A DNA stretch of 57,499 nucleotides from a bacterium. Lineage in GTDB: Bacteria > Patescibacteriota > Minisyncoccia > UBA6257 > 02-FULL-45-10c. The notes under the pieces were generated by a model, which saw nothing but the letters and a program-made list of their open reading frames with translations, was not told the origin of the DNA and did not search any database. Shown in pieces: positions 41,260-48,963 of the stretch (position 1 is its first letter; each line of letters starts with the position of its first letter). Location: contig JAUSKP010000010.1 of NCBI GenBank assembly GCA_030646555.1, positions 1 to 57,499 of the forward strand, read 5' to 3'. The position numbers and the translations under genes are program-made.

Positions 41260-43308
41260 CTATCTAAGCTCTGCCCCCACCTTCTCTATTAAAACTTTTA
41301 TAATCTTTTGAAGTTCTTTGTCAACTTCCACATCGGTAAGAGTTTTGTCTTTAGCTTGAAAAACAATCCTGAAAGTCAGGCTTTTCTTTCCGCCGAATTT
41401 TTCATCTTCATAGAAATCCATCAAGTCAACATCGTCCACATGCTCCGGCTCAACGCTTTGAATGATATCTAGAATATCACCCACTCTGATATCACTAGCC
41501 ACCAACATAGAAATATCTCTATCTATAGAAGGAAACTTTGAGATTGGTTCATATTCTTTTTCTTCAACTATAGCTTTGACCAATCTTTCCATATCTAATT
41601 CAAGCACGGCGCCATTTTTAGAGCTTTTCAAAACTCCGATATAGCCCAACACAGAATGGTCGCCCATCTCAATTCTCACGGCGCCATTGTCTTCTAATAA
41701 ATTATTTTTTAAATTCAGATCCGGCATAAACCAATCCACCAAACCCAAATTACTAAATAATCCATCTACAATCCCCTTGAGCTCTAAAAATCCGCCTGCC
41801 CGTCCGACTTGCCCGTCCGAAGCCTTGCGAAGGAGGGAGCCTTGCGAAGGAGGGTCCTTTGCGTAAATGGCAATGCCCAAAACCGGTTTCTCTGATATTT
41901 TAGAAACCCCCTTCTGTTCAGAGGTATCTCCGAATACCCTGCCAATTTCAAAAATTCTAACTTCTTCATAAAATCTCAAGTTATCATTTAAATTCTTTTC
42001 CAGATATGGAGCCAAACTATTTCTTAAATAAGCAAAATCAACGCTTAATGGATTGGCCAAGCTTATTGGCCTTTTTATTCCAAAAACTTCGGCCGGAGCC
42101 AAATCTGTTTTTTCTTTTGATATAAAAGAATAATTATAAACCTCGCTATATCCGGCAGCGCACAAATATTTTCTAATTTTGTCCCTAATAATGACCGAGT
42201 CGTCTTCTGCCCCAATACCCAAAGAGATCTTCGGCGAAACCGCTGGCAATTTATTAAAATTTTTAAACCTTACTATTTCCTCGGCGACGTCTTCAATTAT
42301 CTCAATATCATTTCTGATCGCCGGAGCAGTGATCAAATTCTTTGAAACTTTAAAATCAAGTTTTGATAATATACTGACTACTTCTGATCTTTTTATTTTT
42401 ATGCCTATGATTCTTTCTATCTTGGGCAAATCCAATTTTATCGCTCTCTTCGGCTGTTTTTTTGGATAAACATCCTCGGTCTTATATATTTTGGCTCCGC
42501 AGATTTCCTTAAGAAGGACTAACGCCCTATTCATCCCTAATCCAACCAATTCCGGACTTAAATTATGCGAAAAAGCGATAGAGGCATCAGTTCGGAGATT
42601 AAGTTTTTTTGAATTTTTATAAATACCAACTCCCTCAAAATTAGCTGATTCTACTAATAGCCTATTGGTTTTCAATGAAACCTCGCTATATTTTCCGCCT
42701 TTAATTCCGGCGATAGCTAACGGCCGGTCTTCATCGGCAATCACTAGAGTATCTTCGGAAAGTTTGAATTTATTATTATCTATCGTTTCAATTTCTTCTC
42801 CATTTTTAGCCCTTCTTACTATTATTCCCCCCTTAACTTTATCCGCGTCAAAAGCGTGAAGCGGCTGTCCAATTTCCAACATAACGTAATTCATAATATC
42901 CACCACGTTATTGATAGATCTTAATCCTGAAGTTTCCAGAACATCTTTAAGCCATTCCGGAGAAGGACCAACTTTTACATCGGTCACGTAAGTGGCGCTA
43001 TATCGCGGGCATAAAACTTTTTCTTTGATATTAACTTTAAAAATGCCCTTATCCTTAAAATCAAACTTTGGATTCTTTAGGGTCGGATCAATAAACTCTG
43101 TATCAAAAATAGCCGAAGCTTCCCTAGCGATGCCTAAATGAGATGCCGCGCTGGAAAAACGCCTGGCAATAGAAGTATTCGGAACTTCCAAAATATCCCC
43201 TCCCAAATCAACGGCCTCAAAAGAATACGTATTCAAACCCTCAACCAAATCGGCTTTAGAATATTTTCCCGGCGCAAATTTTTTAATTAAAGAAAAACTA
43301 AATTTCAT
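41260..43308 (-). CDS. pheT: phenylalanine--tRNA ligase beta subunit (short form without the N-terminal tRNA-binding domain) with an in-frame repeat insertion
   Basis: B3/B4, B5, catalytic-like and FDX-ACB domains recognisable. Adjacent to pheS. Confidence 0.92.
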   Translation of the reverse strand: MKFSFSLIKKFAPGKYSKADLVEGLNTYSFEAVDLGGDILEVPNTSIARRFSSAASHLGIAREASAIFDTEFIDPTLKNPKFDFKDKGIFKVNIKEKVLCPRYSATYVTDVKVGPSPEWLKDVLETSGLRSINNVVDIMNYVMLEIGQPLHAFDADKVKGGIIVRRAKNGEEIETIDNNKFKLSEDTLVIADEDRPLAIAGIKGGKYSEVSLKTNRLLVESANFEGVGIYKNSKKLNLRTDASIAFSHNLSPELVGLGMNRALVLLKEICGAKIYKTEDVYPKKQPKRAIKLDLPKIERIIGIKIKRSEVVSILSKLDFKVSKNLITAPAIRNDIEIIEDVAEEIVRFKNFNKLPAVSPKISLGIGAEDDSVIIRDKIRKYLCAAGYSEVYNYSFISKEKTDLAPAEVFGIKRPISLANPLSVDFAYLRNSLAPYLEKNLNDNLRFYEEVRIFEIGRVFGDTSEQKGVSKISEKPVLGIAIYAKDPPSQGSLLRKASDGQVGRAGGFLELKGIVDGLFSNLGLVDWFMPDLNLKNNLLEDNGAVRIEMGDHSVLGYIGVLKSSKNGAVLELDMERLVKAIVEEKEYEPISKFPSIDRDISMLVASDIRVGDILDIIQSVEPEHVDDVDLMDFYEDEKFGGKKSLTFRIVFQAKDKTLTDVEVDKELQKIIKVLIEKVGAELR
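41791..41857. repeat. GC-rich family H repeat in-frame inside pheT
   Basis: tccgcctgcccgtccgacttgcccgtccgaagccttgcgaaggagggagccttgcgaaggaggg, with internal tandem units. Encodes PPSQGSLLRKASDGQVGRAGG. Confidence 0.75.
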
Positions 43309-43324
43309 GCGAGTGTTTAATTTA

Positions 43325-43591
43325 TTAAATCGAGCACCCTGTTAAATAAGATTTGAGGCGACTCTTTATAAACATTTTACCATGATAAGTTTTAAAATAT
43401 TTTTCTCTGTGCATAGCATCTTTTTTGTTTAAACAAGCTTCGGAATAAATTATTTTTAACGGTCTTCTATTTTTTGTCGAAATCACATAACCTTTTCGAT
43501 GTTCCTCAAATCTTAATTTCAAATTTTCGGTATAGCCTGCATAAAATTTATTATCTTTTAGCGATTGCAATATATAAACATAATAAAACAT
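43325..43591 (-). CDS. small GIY-YIG nuclease-family protein (copy 2)
   Basis: MFYYVYILQSLKDNKFYAGYTENLKLRFEEH...NRRPLKIIYSE. 88 aa. Confidence 0.85.
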   Translation of the reverse strand: MFYYVYILQSLKDNKFYAGYTENLKLRFEEHRKGYVISTKNRRPLKIIYSEACLNKKDAMHREKYFKTYHGKMFIKSRLKSYLTGCSI

Positions 43592-43625
43592 ATTCTATGG
43601 AAAATTTGAAATTATTTAACAGGGT
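43336..43625 (-). mobile_element. candidate TIR-bounded GIY-YIG element (290 bp)
   Basis: Perfect 13-bp inverted repeats ACCCTGTTAAATA (43336-43348) and TATTTAACAGGGT (43613-43625) enclose the whole ORF. The same TIRs bound four short ORF-less elements (family C). Confidence 0.6.
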
Positions 43626-43638
43626 AAGAGCTACGCTC

Positions 43639-44715
43639 TTAAAATTGATTTATAAATTTCAAATCCCCGCTATAAAACATTCTTATATCCGGAATATTGT
43701 ATTTAAGCATGGCCACTCTTTCGCAGCCCAAACCAAAAGCAAACCCCTGATATTCCCGAGGATCATATCCTCCAGCTTTTAATACGTTTGGGTGCACCAT
43801 ACCGGCGCCCATAATCTCAAGCCATCCGGATTCTTTGCAAATATTACATCCCTTTCCCCCGCACTTTACGCATTGGATATCAATCTCCAATCCCGGTTCC
43901 ACGAACGGAAAATAACTGGGTCGAAGCCTAACCTCTAATTTTTTCTTAAATAACCTGGTAAAAAATTCTTGAATAATATATTTAAAATTGGTCAGATTTA
44001 CATCCTTGCCGACCATTAAACACTCAATTTGATTAAAATTTATTTCGTGCGAAGCGTCCGTTGCTTCATAGCGAAAAACTCTGCCCGGCACCACTATTTG
44101 AAAAGGCGGCTTGTGGGTCTCCATATACCTTATTTGCATCGGGCTGGTGTGAGTCCTCAGTAATAACTTTTGACCTTTGACCTTTGACCTTTGACTCTCT
44201 GTCAATTGTTTAGTGTCATGTGTCAATTGTTTTTGGTTGTCTTGCAACCAGAATGTATCATGCATTTCCCTTGCCGGATGATTTTTAGGAATATTCAAAG
44301 CGTCAAAATTATAATACTCCGTCTCCACTTCCGGTCCGCCATCAATAATAGAAAAACTCATACTCCTAAAAATATCAATTATCTCATTTTCAATAATTGT
44401 TAACGGGTGCAAATGCCCTATTTTTATTTTCTTACCAGGACGGGTGACATCCAAAGAATTCCTGCTTTTTTTGGACAAAAATTCGTTCTTTTTATTTTCA
44501 ATTAAGACATCCAACTCATTTCTTAGTGATTGAGCCTTTGGCCCGATCACTTTTTTTTCTTCAAGCGAAAGATCGCCCAGTGAACGCAATATCTGATTTA
44601 GCTCTCCTTTTCTGCCTAAATATTTTATTTTTATGTCTTCAAGGGATTTTAAATCAGCGCAATTTTTTATTTCGCCTTCGGCCCTATTTTTAATCTCGTC
44701 TATTTTCTTATTCAT
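43639..44715 (-). CDS. pheS: phenylalanine--tRNA ligase alpha subunit with an in-frame tandem-repeat insertion
   Basis: HPAREMHDTFW, LLRTHTSPMQIR and FGLGCERVAML class II motifs. Confidence 0.93.
   Translation of the reverse strand: MNKKIDEIKNRAEGEIKNCADLKSLEDIKIKYLGRKGELNQILRSLGDLSLEEKKVIGPKAQSLRNELDVLIENKKNEFLSKKSRNSLDVTRPGKKIKIGHLHPLTIIENEIIDIFRSMSFSIIDGGPEVETEYYNFDALNIPKNHPAREMHDTFWLQDNQKQLTHDTKQLTESQRSKVKGQKLLLRTHTSPMQIRYMETHKPPFQIVVPGRVFRYEATDASHEINFNQIECLMVGKDVNLTNFKYIIQEFFTRLFKKKLEVRLRPSYFPFVEPGLEIDIQCVKCGGKGCNICKESGWLEIMGAGMVHPNVLKAGGYDPREYQGFAFGLGCERVAMLKYNIPDIRMFYSGDLKFINQF
44169..44236. repeat. short tandem repeats inside pheS (TGACCTTT x3, GTCAATTGTTT x2)
   Basis: ttttgacctttgacctttgacctttgactctctgtcaattgtttagtgtcatgtgtcaattgttt. 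A related tgac(c/t)ttt run occurs in trmD at 39801-39830. Confidence 0.8.
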
Positions 44716-44830
44716 CCCGTTAGAGACAGGTCGCCTTGGCGACCGTAATTACGACGACTGTGTTATTTGGATTATTTAGAAAATTTTTCATATTCATAAT
44801 AAATTATTTTATTTAGTTGTCTCTAACGGG
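44716..44830. repeat. family F inverted-repeat element
   Basis: Arms cccgttagagaca / tgtctctaacggg. Abuts the pheS start codon. Confidence 0.8.
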
Positions 44831-44840
44831 ATTCATTGTT

Positions 44841-45455
44841 CTAATTTAAAACCGAAATTGATACTTTGTAAATCTTTGTTCCTGCGGAATTAGTTATATT
44901 AAAATTTATTAAGTATTCCCCAGCATTAACCCATTTATGATTTAAAACAACTGATTGATCCTTTTTTGTTAATTCACCGGAATTGGAATTGCCATCAAGC
45001 CAATCAACTTTATATTTTAAAGTATCTTCTCCGCTATTTCTTATAATAAAAGAAGCGTTAATGCCCTTCTTTACAGGATAAACAATAGGATTATCTATCG
45101 CGGTGTCCGCACTATTTATATTAACACTAGTAATGCCGGCTTTCTCCCCTAGTTTGTTAACACCATCTTCTACTCCCTGTTTAAAAACATCAAAAACATA
45201 ATTTTTAGCATTGTTTATAGAAGACGATACCATTTCTTCTGCTTTAGTTTGCAACTCATCTGTAAATCCTGAAAAAGTATCAGAAACTCTATTTTTAATA
45301 TTCCCAACCGTGGTGGTAGCCATAGAAACTATATTATTCTCACTAAGTCCCAAATTAGGCATTTTATAGCTGAAAGTGTTGCTTTTTCCAAATAAAAAAT
45401 AACCGGCCGCGCCAACCAAGGCAATTCCCAAAACTATTCTAATAAGTATTTTCAT
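44841..45455 (-). CDS. secreted or membrane-anchored protein with a C-terminal PKD/Ig-like domain
   Basis: N-terminal signal anchor. The C-terminal beta-rich segment YKVDWLDGNSNSG...HKWVNAGEYLINFNITNSAG resembles a PKD domain. Confidence 0.6.
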   Translation of the reverse strand: MKILIRIVLGIALVGAAGYFLFGKSNTFSYKMPNLGLSENNIVSMATTTVGNIKNRVSDTFSGFTDELQTKAEEMVSSSINNAKNYVFDVFKQGVEDGVNKLGEKAGITSVNINSADTAIDNPIVYPVKKGINASFIIRNSGEDTLKYKVDWLDGNSNSGELTKKDQSVVLNHKWVNAGEYLINFNITNSAGTKIYKVSISVLN

Positions 45456-45534
45456 GAGCTACTCTTAAATTATAAGATATAGCGCCGATCTTAACAATTG
45501 CATTTAGCAACTCCGAAGCTTTAGCGAAGGATTG

Positions 45535-45607
45535 TGCCGACAGATGGAATCGAACCATCGACCTGAGCGTTATGAGTGCTCCGCTCTAACCACTGAGCTA
45601 TGCCGGC
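45535..45607 (-). tRNA. tRNA with anticodon CAT (elongator Met or lysidine-modified Ile2)
   Basis: GCCGGCA/TGTCGGC acceptor, anticodon loop CTCATAA, T-arm GATGG-TTCGATT-CCATC. Confidence 0.88.
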
Positions 45608-45697
45608 ATTAAAAAATTATATATTAAAATATAAAATATTAAAAGAGAAATAGCGCGTGATAAAAAAGCAACCTAAATGCTGCTTTTTTATTTTACG

Positions 45698-45772
45698 TGG
45701 TTGCGGGGGTTGGATTTGAACCAACGACCTTCTGGTTATGAGCCAGACGAGCTACCACTGCTCTACCCCGCG
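45698..45772 (-). tRNA. initiator tRNA-fMet (anticodon CAT), CCA encoded
   Basis: CGCGGGG...CCCCGCA gives the C1:A72 mismatch typical of bacterial initiators. Anticodon arm TCTGG-CTCATAA-CCAGA. 3' ACCA. Confidence 0.88.
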
Positions 45773-45898
45773 TTAGTATAATAAAACAAATTATCAAAAA
45801 TGGAAAGGGCTATTTTTTGACTACTATGATAAAAAGATGGTAAATTAATTAAAGAACATAAAAATAGTTCAGCGGGCTCACTATAAAGGAGAAAATTT

Positions 45899-46366
45899 AT
45901 GAACGAAAAAATAGCGCAAGCAATAATAGACAAGGCGAGATCTTTCTTAAACACGCCTTACGAGTACGGCGAGAACAAAACAACCGGCATAGATTGTTCC
46001 GCTATGGTACAACTTATCTTTTTAGAAACAATAAAAAAAGACATTGGCAGAAGCGCGATACTCCAAGCCGCCAACAAAGAAGGCTTTACCGTTTCCGAAA
46101 CCAGGATCGGAGCCGTTGTCTCTGAAAAAGACCTGCAACCCGCAGACCTAATTTTCTTCAGAGGCACAAAAGCGCATCTCAATGATGAGCTATTTCCCCC
46201 GGAAATATACGGCCTCAACATGATGATCGGACACGTCGGCATATACACCGGAAACGGAATGGTCATTCATGCGGCAGGAGGAAAAATAAAAAAAGTTGTA
46301 GAAGAGCCTTTGGAAAATGTAAAGAAACACGCCAAGGAAATAAAGATAATAAAAAGGTTTATTTAA
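45899..46366 (+). CDS. NlpC/P60-family cell-wall peptidase
   Basis: Catalytic Cys context GIDCSAMVQ and His context GHVGIYTGNGMVIHA. Confidence 0.85.
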   Translation: MNEKIAQAIIDKARSFLNTPYEYGENKTTGIDCSAMVQLIFLETIKKDIGRSAILQAANKEGFTVSETRIGAVVSEKDLQPADLIFFRGTKAHLNDELFPPEIYGLNMMIGHVGIYTGNGMVIHAAGGKIKKVVEEPLENVKKHAKEIKIIKRFI

Positions 46367-46407
46367 AACAAATTCCCCTTCTTAAAAAGGGGAATTTTTA
46401 ATTTAAG

Positions 46408-46436
46408 TTGACAAAATAATGATTATAGCTTATAAT
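46408..46436 (+). promoter_or_regulatory. consensus sigma-70 promoter
   Basis: TTGACA-17 nt-TATAAT, both hexamers perfect. About 40 nt upstream of a strong RBS (aaggag) and the ATG at 46476. Confidence 0.7.
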
Positions 46437-46475
46437 ATACAAATCTTTAAAAACTTAACAAGGAGATAAAAACAT

Positions 46476-46799
46476 ATGTCCAGAAAGATGTATTCGGTTT
46501 ATTTTGAGATCCAGTCCCACTCCATGGAGGACAGGCCCATAGGAAGAATAATTCAACTTCCTGATCCTGATATGTTCCCCGCCGAAAGCGATGACGAAGC
46601 CGTAAAAGAAGCCTGTCGCCTTGCGGAAGTAAACGAGCGCTTGAGATCACACAGGCTTACCAGAGGAGGGGGCAGTAAAAAAATACTGTTAAGAGTGAGA
46701 ATGATCAAAAAAGAACTTGAAGGCAGAATAATCTTCGCGCCGAGATACAAAAATGGAAGCTTCAACGAAACGCAAAACAGTAAGGTTGAAATAGCTTAA
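46476..46799 (+). CDS. orphan 107-aa protein
   Basis: Consensus promoter, strong RBS and own terminator. No recognisable motif. Confidence 0.6.
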   Translation: MSRKMYSVYFEIQSHSMEDRPIGRIIQLPDPDMFPAESDDEAVKEACRLAEVNERLRSHRLTRGGGSKKILLRVRMIKKELEGRIIFAPRYKNGSFNETQNSKVEIA

Positions 46800-46806
46800 A
46801 AAATAA

Positions 46807-46835
46807 AACCCGCCAGTTTAAAAACTGCGCGGGTT
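46807..46835. terminator. bidirectional terminator between convergent orphan genes
   Basis: AACCCGCcagtttaaaaactgcGCGGGTT flanked by A-run and T-run. Confidence 0.7.
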
Positions 46836-46837
46836 TT

Positions 46838-47236
46838 TTATTTCCCCTTCCCATAGCCATCGTCATCTTTAAAAAAATGCGATTCAAAAATGCTGTGGCA
46901 AGGAAACGGAGGAAAAAGGTGTTTTTTACTGCCCCTTTCTATATAATCGGCATAGCCATCGCTCGCCATAACCTTATTCCAACTTTTTCTAAATCCATCG
47001 CCATTTTTATGGAAAATACTGAAAGCATACATCGCCGAATATACTTCATCGTCGCTCATAGAGTTTGGTCTGAATTCTGCATTAAGCACGTTTGAAACGG
47101 CAGAGAATATGCTCATCCCCTTTTCAGAAACTTCGCACAAATAATTGAAACAAAGTATCGCGTTGTCTTTTTTCGCTTCTTGCATTGCCGCCTTCCATTT
47201 TCCGTATGCGTCAAGCATTTCATCCTTAATCTGCAT
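46838..47236 (-). CDS. orphan 132-aa protein, distant paralog of the 47391-47777 product
   Basis: Start set at the ATG preceded by GAGGAGG. Shares the motif H-x-x-G-[DE]-x-F-R-x-x-W-N with its neighbour. Confidence 0.6.
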   Translation of the reverse strand: MQIKDEMLDAYGKWKAAMQEAKKDNAILCFNYLCEVSEKGMSIFSAVSNVLNAEFRPNSMSDDEVYSAMYAFSIFHKNGDGFRKSWNKVMASDGYADYIERGSKKHLFPPFPCHSIFESHFFKDDDGYGKGK

Positions 47237-47390
47237 AACATCACCTCCTCGGGCGAACATTCTCACGGAATGTTTTAGCCCTAAATTTTCAAGCTCCTAA
47301 TTTAATGGTCAAACTTTAGCGGAAAAGAGTCAAGCCCGATTTTTTCGAATATCAAAAACAAAACGTCCCAATTTAATATCGGGACGTATT

Positions 47391-47777
47391 TTATCTTTTC
47401 ATATAGGGATTGAAAACATATCTTTTCCCCTCGGACTTTTTTATGGCCTCTATCATAAATGCATTGCCTTTCAGCCAATAAAAATTCTGCCAATAAAAAT
47501 TCCATAAAAGCCTAAACTCTTCACCCTTGTCGTGATATTCAATGACGGCTTTAATTGCTAAAATTATCCGGCATTTTTCACTTTCCAATATGCCGAACAT
47601 TTCATAAAGCTCCTTTGTGCGGCAAAAAATGTAAATGATGGAACTTATATCCAGTTTTCCCAGATTAATAAGATTAAAGAACCATGCCACCAAGCGAACG
47701 ATGGACCTCATGTTTTTTTCCAGCATGACTTTTTGCCAGATTTTGTATTCGCGCTCCCTATCTTTCCTTGCAGGCAT
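47391..47777 (-). CDS. orphan 128-aa protein
   Basis: ORF followed by the hairpin ACGTCCCgatattaaattGGGACGT plus a T-run. Motif IEYHDKGEEFRLLWN resembles IFHKNGDGFRKSWN in the neighbour. Confidence 0.6.
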   Translation of the reverse strand: MPARKDREREYKIWQKVMLEKNMRSIVRLVAWFFNLINLGKLDISSIIYIFCRTKELYEMFGILESEKCRIILAIKAVIEYHDKGEEFRLLWNFYWQNFYWLKGNAFMIEAIKKSEGKRYVFNPYMKR

Positions 47778-47854
47778 AAATGCCCCCTATTCATATATTT
47801 AAGTTCTGATTTAAGACTAAAACTTAAGCAGGGCATAGTCAATCAAACAATTTT

Positions 47855-47914
47855 AAATCATAAAACCGGCAACAAAATGCCGGTTTTATGATTTGTGCGC
47901 GGTAGATGGGATTT
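47855..47914. repeat. direct repeat copy A: duplicated tRNA-Asp 3' end plus its terminator hairpin
   Basis: aaatcataaaaccggcaa(caa)aatgccggttttatgatttgtgcgcggtagatgggattt is repeated at 48025-48081, where it is part of the intact tRNA-Asp locus. Confidence 0.85.
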
Positions 47915-48064
47915 CCCTACGGTAAATTTACTGACGTAAATTTCCTCCGGGCCGGCCCTCACAGCGCTCGCCTCGCCTTCAGCGAACTCGCGCTTTGCTC
48001 CGGGCTTCAAATCCCCCTACGTATAAATCATAAAACCGGCAAAATGCCGGTTTTATGATTTGTG

Positions 48065-48139
48065 CGCGGTAGATGGGATTTGAACCCACGGTCTCCTCCG
48101 TGACAGGGAGGCGCATTAGGCCAGCTATGCTACTACCGC
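48065..48139 (-). tRNA. tRNA-Asp (anticodon GTC)
   Basis: GCGGTAG/CTACCGC acceptor, anticodon arm CCTCC-CTGTCAC-GGAGG, T-arm GTGGG-TTCAAAT-CCCAT. A 14-bp-stem terminator follows. Confidence 0.9.
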
Positions 48140-48174
48140 ATATTTTATTTATCTTTCCATTGTCAATTAAACAA

Positions 48175-48229
48175 CACGGTCTGTCCGATGGTCATCGGAC
48201 CGCATAGGTGCCAGCTATGCTACTACCGC
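48175..48229 (-). pseudogene. truncated tRNA-Asp-like 5' fragment
   Basis: GCGGTAGTAGCATAGCTGGC is identical to the tRNA-Asp 5' end. It is followed by a non-canonical hairpin GTCCGATGACCATCGGAC and AGACCGTG. No T-arm. Confidence 0.7.
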
Positions 48230-48263
48230 AAATGTGTTCTGGATAAATATAATACAAAAACTC

Positions 48264-48800
48264 CTACTCTTCAAGCAAATTCAATTCTATAAAGGCTTTC
48301 TTGAAAGATTTAAGGGCAATAATTGCGTCTTCTTTTTTGAGCTCCATGCTCGGATCTTTCATGATTTTATCTGACAAAAAATGGGCTTTTTTTATTTCAT
48401 CTAAATTAGACAAGTTTTCTTTGGTCAGTATCTCCAATTTTTTATTCAGATCAGTGCCGAGATAGCCTGCCATTTTCAAAATTTCATTCATTATTTTGTC
48501 GGCCTCTAAAACGGCTAATTTCCAATCTTGCTGGAGCGGAGAAGCAATCCTTTTTTTGATCTGCTCCCAACCCTTTAATGATCTTCTCTTGGTAAGATTT
48601 CCGAAGCCTAAAATGTCCATATAGTTCTCAACTTTTCCATTGAAATAACTAGTCTTGGTGATTATATATACTATCCCCCAAATAAATAATCCCGAAAGCA
48701 ATATGGAGACTAACTGAAACCAAACCAAACTTGACCCAAACCAATTATTGATTAATATCCTTAACTCTACTGCTTTATTTATAATTTCATTTATATCCAT
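48264..48800 (-). CDS. membrane-anchored protein of unknown function
   Basis: 178-aa ORF with one TM helix near the N-terminus and a helical remainder. Confidence 0.6.
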   Translation of the reverse strand: MDINEIINKAVELRILINNWFGSSLVWFQLVSILLSGLFIWGIVYIITKTSYFNGKVENYMDILGFGNLTKRRSLKGWEQIKKRIASPLQQDWKLAVLEADKIMNEILKMAGYLGTDLNKKLEILTKENLSNLDEIKKAHFLSDKIMKDPSMELKKEDAIIALKSFKKAFIELNLLEE

Positions 48801-48838
48801 AGATTGATTATACCAAGTAATAATTTAAGATTTACTCT

Positions 48839-48900
48839 GTCATTCCGCACTTGATGCGGAATCTAGGTTTTCTGGATTCCGGCTCGTTGGCCGGAATGAC
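48839..48900. repeat. family B element
   Basis: gtcattccgcacttgatgcggaatctaggttttctggattccggctcgttggccggaatgac. Confidence 0.9.
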
Positions 48901-48963
48901 GAGAATTTATTTTCTTAAATTTTAACATTTTTATCTGTCATTTTGATCTTTGATATTTACATT

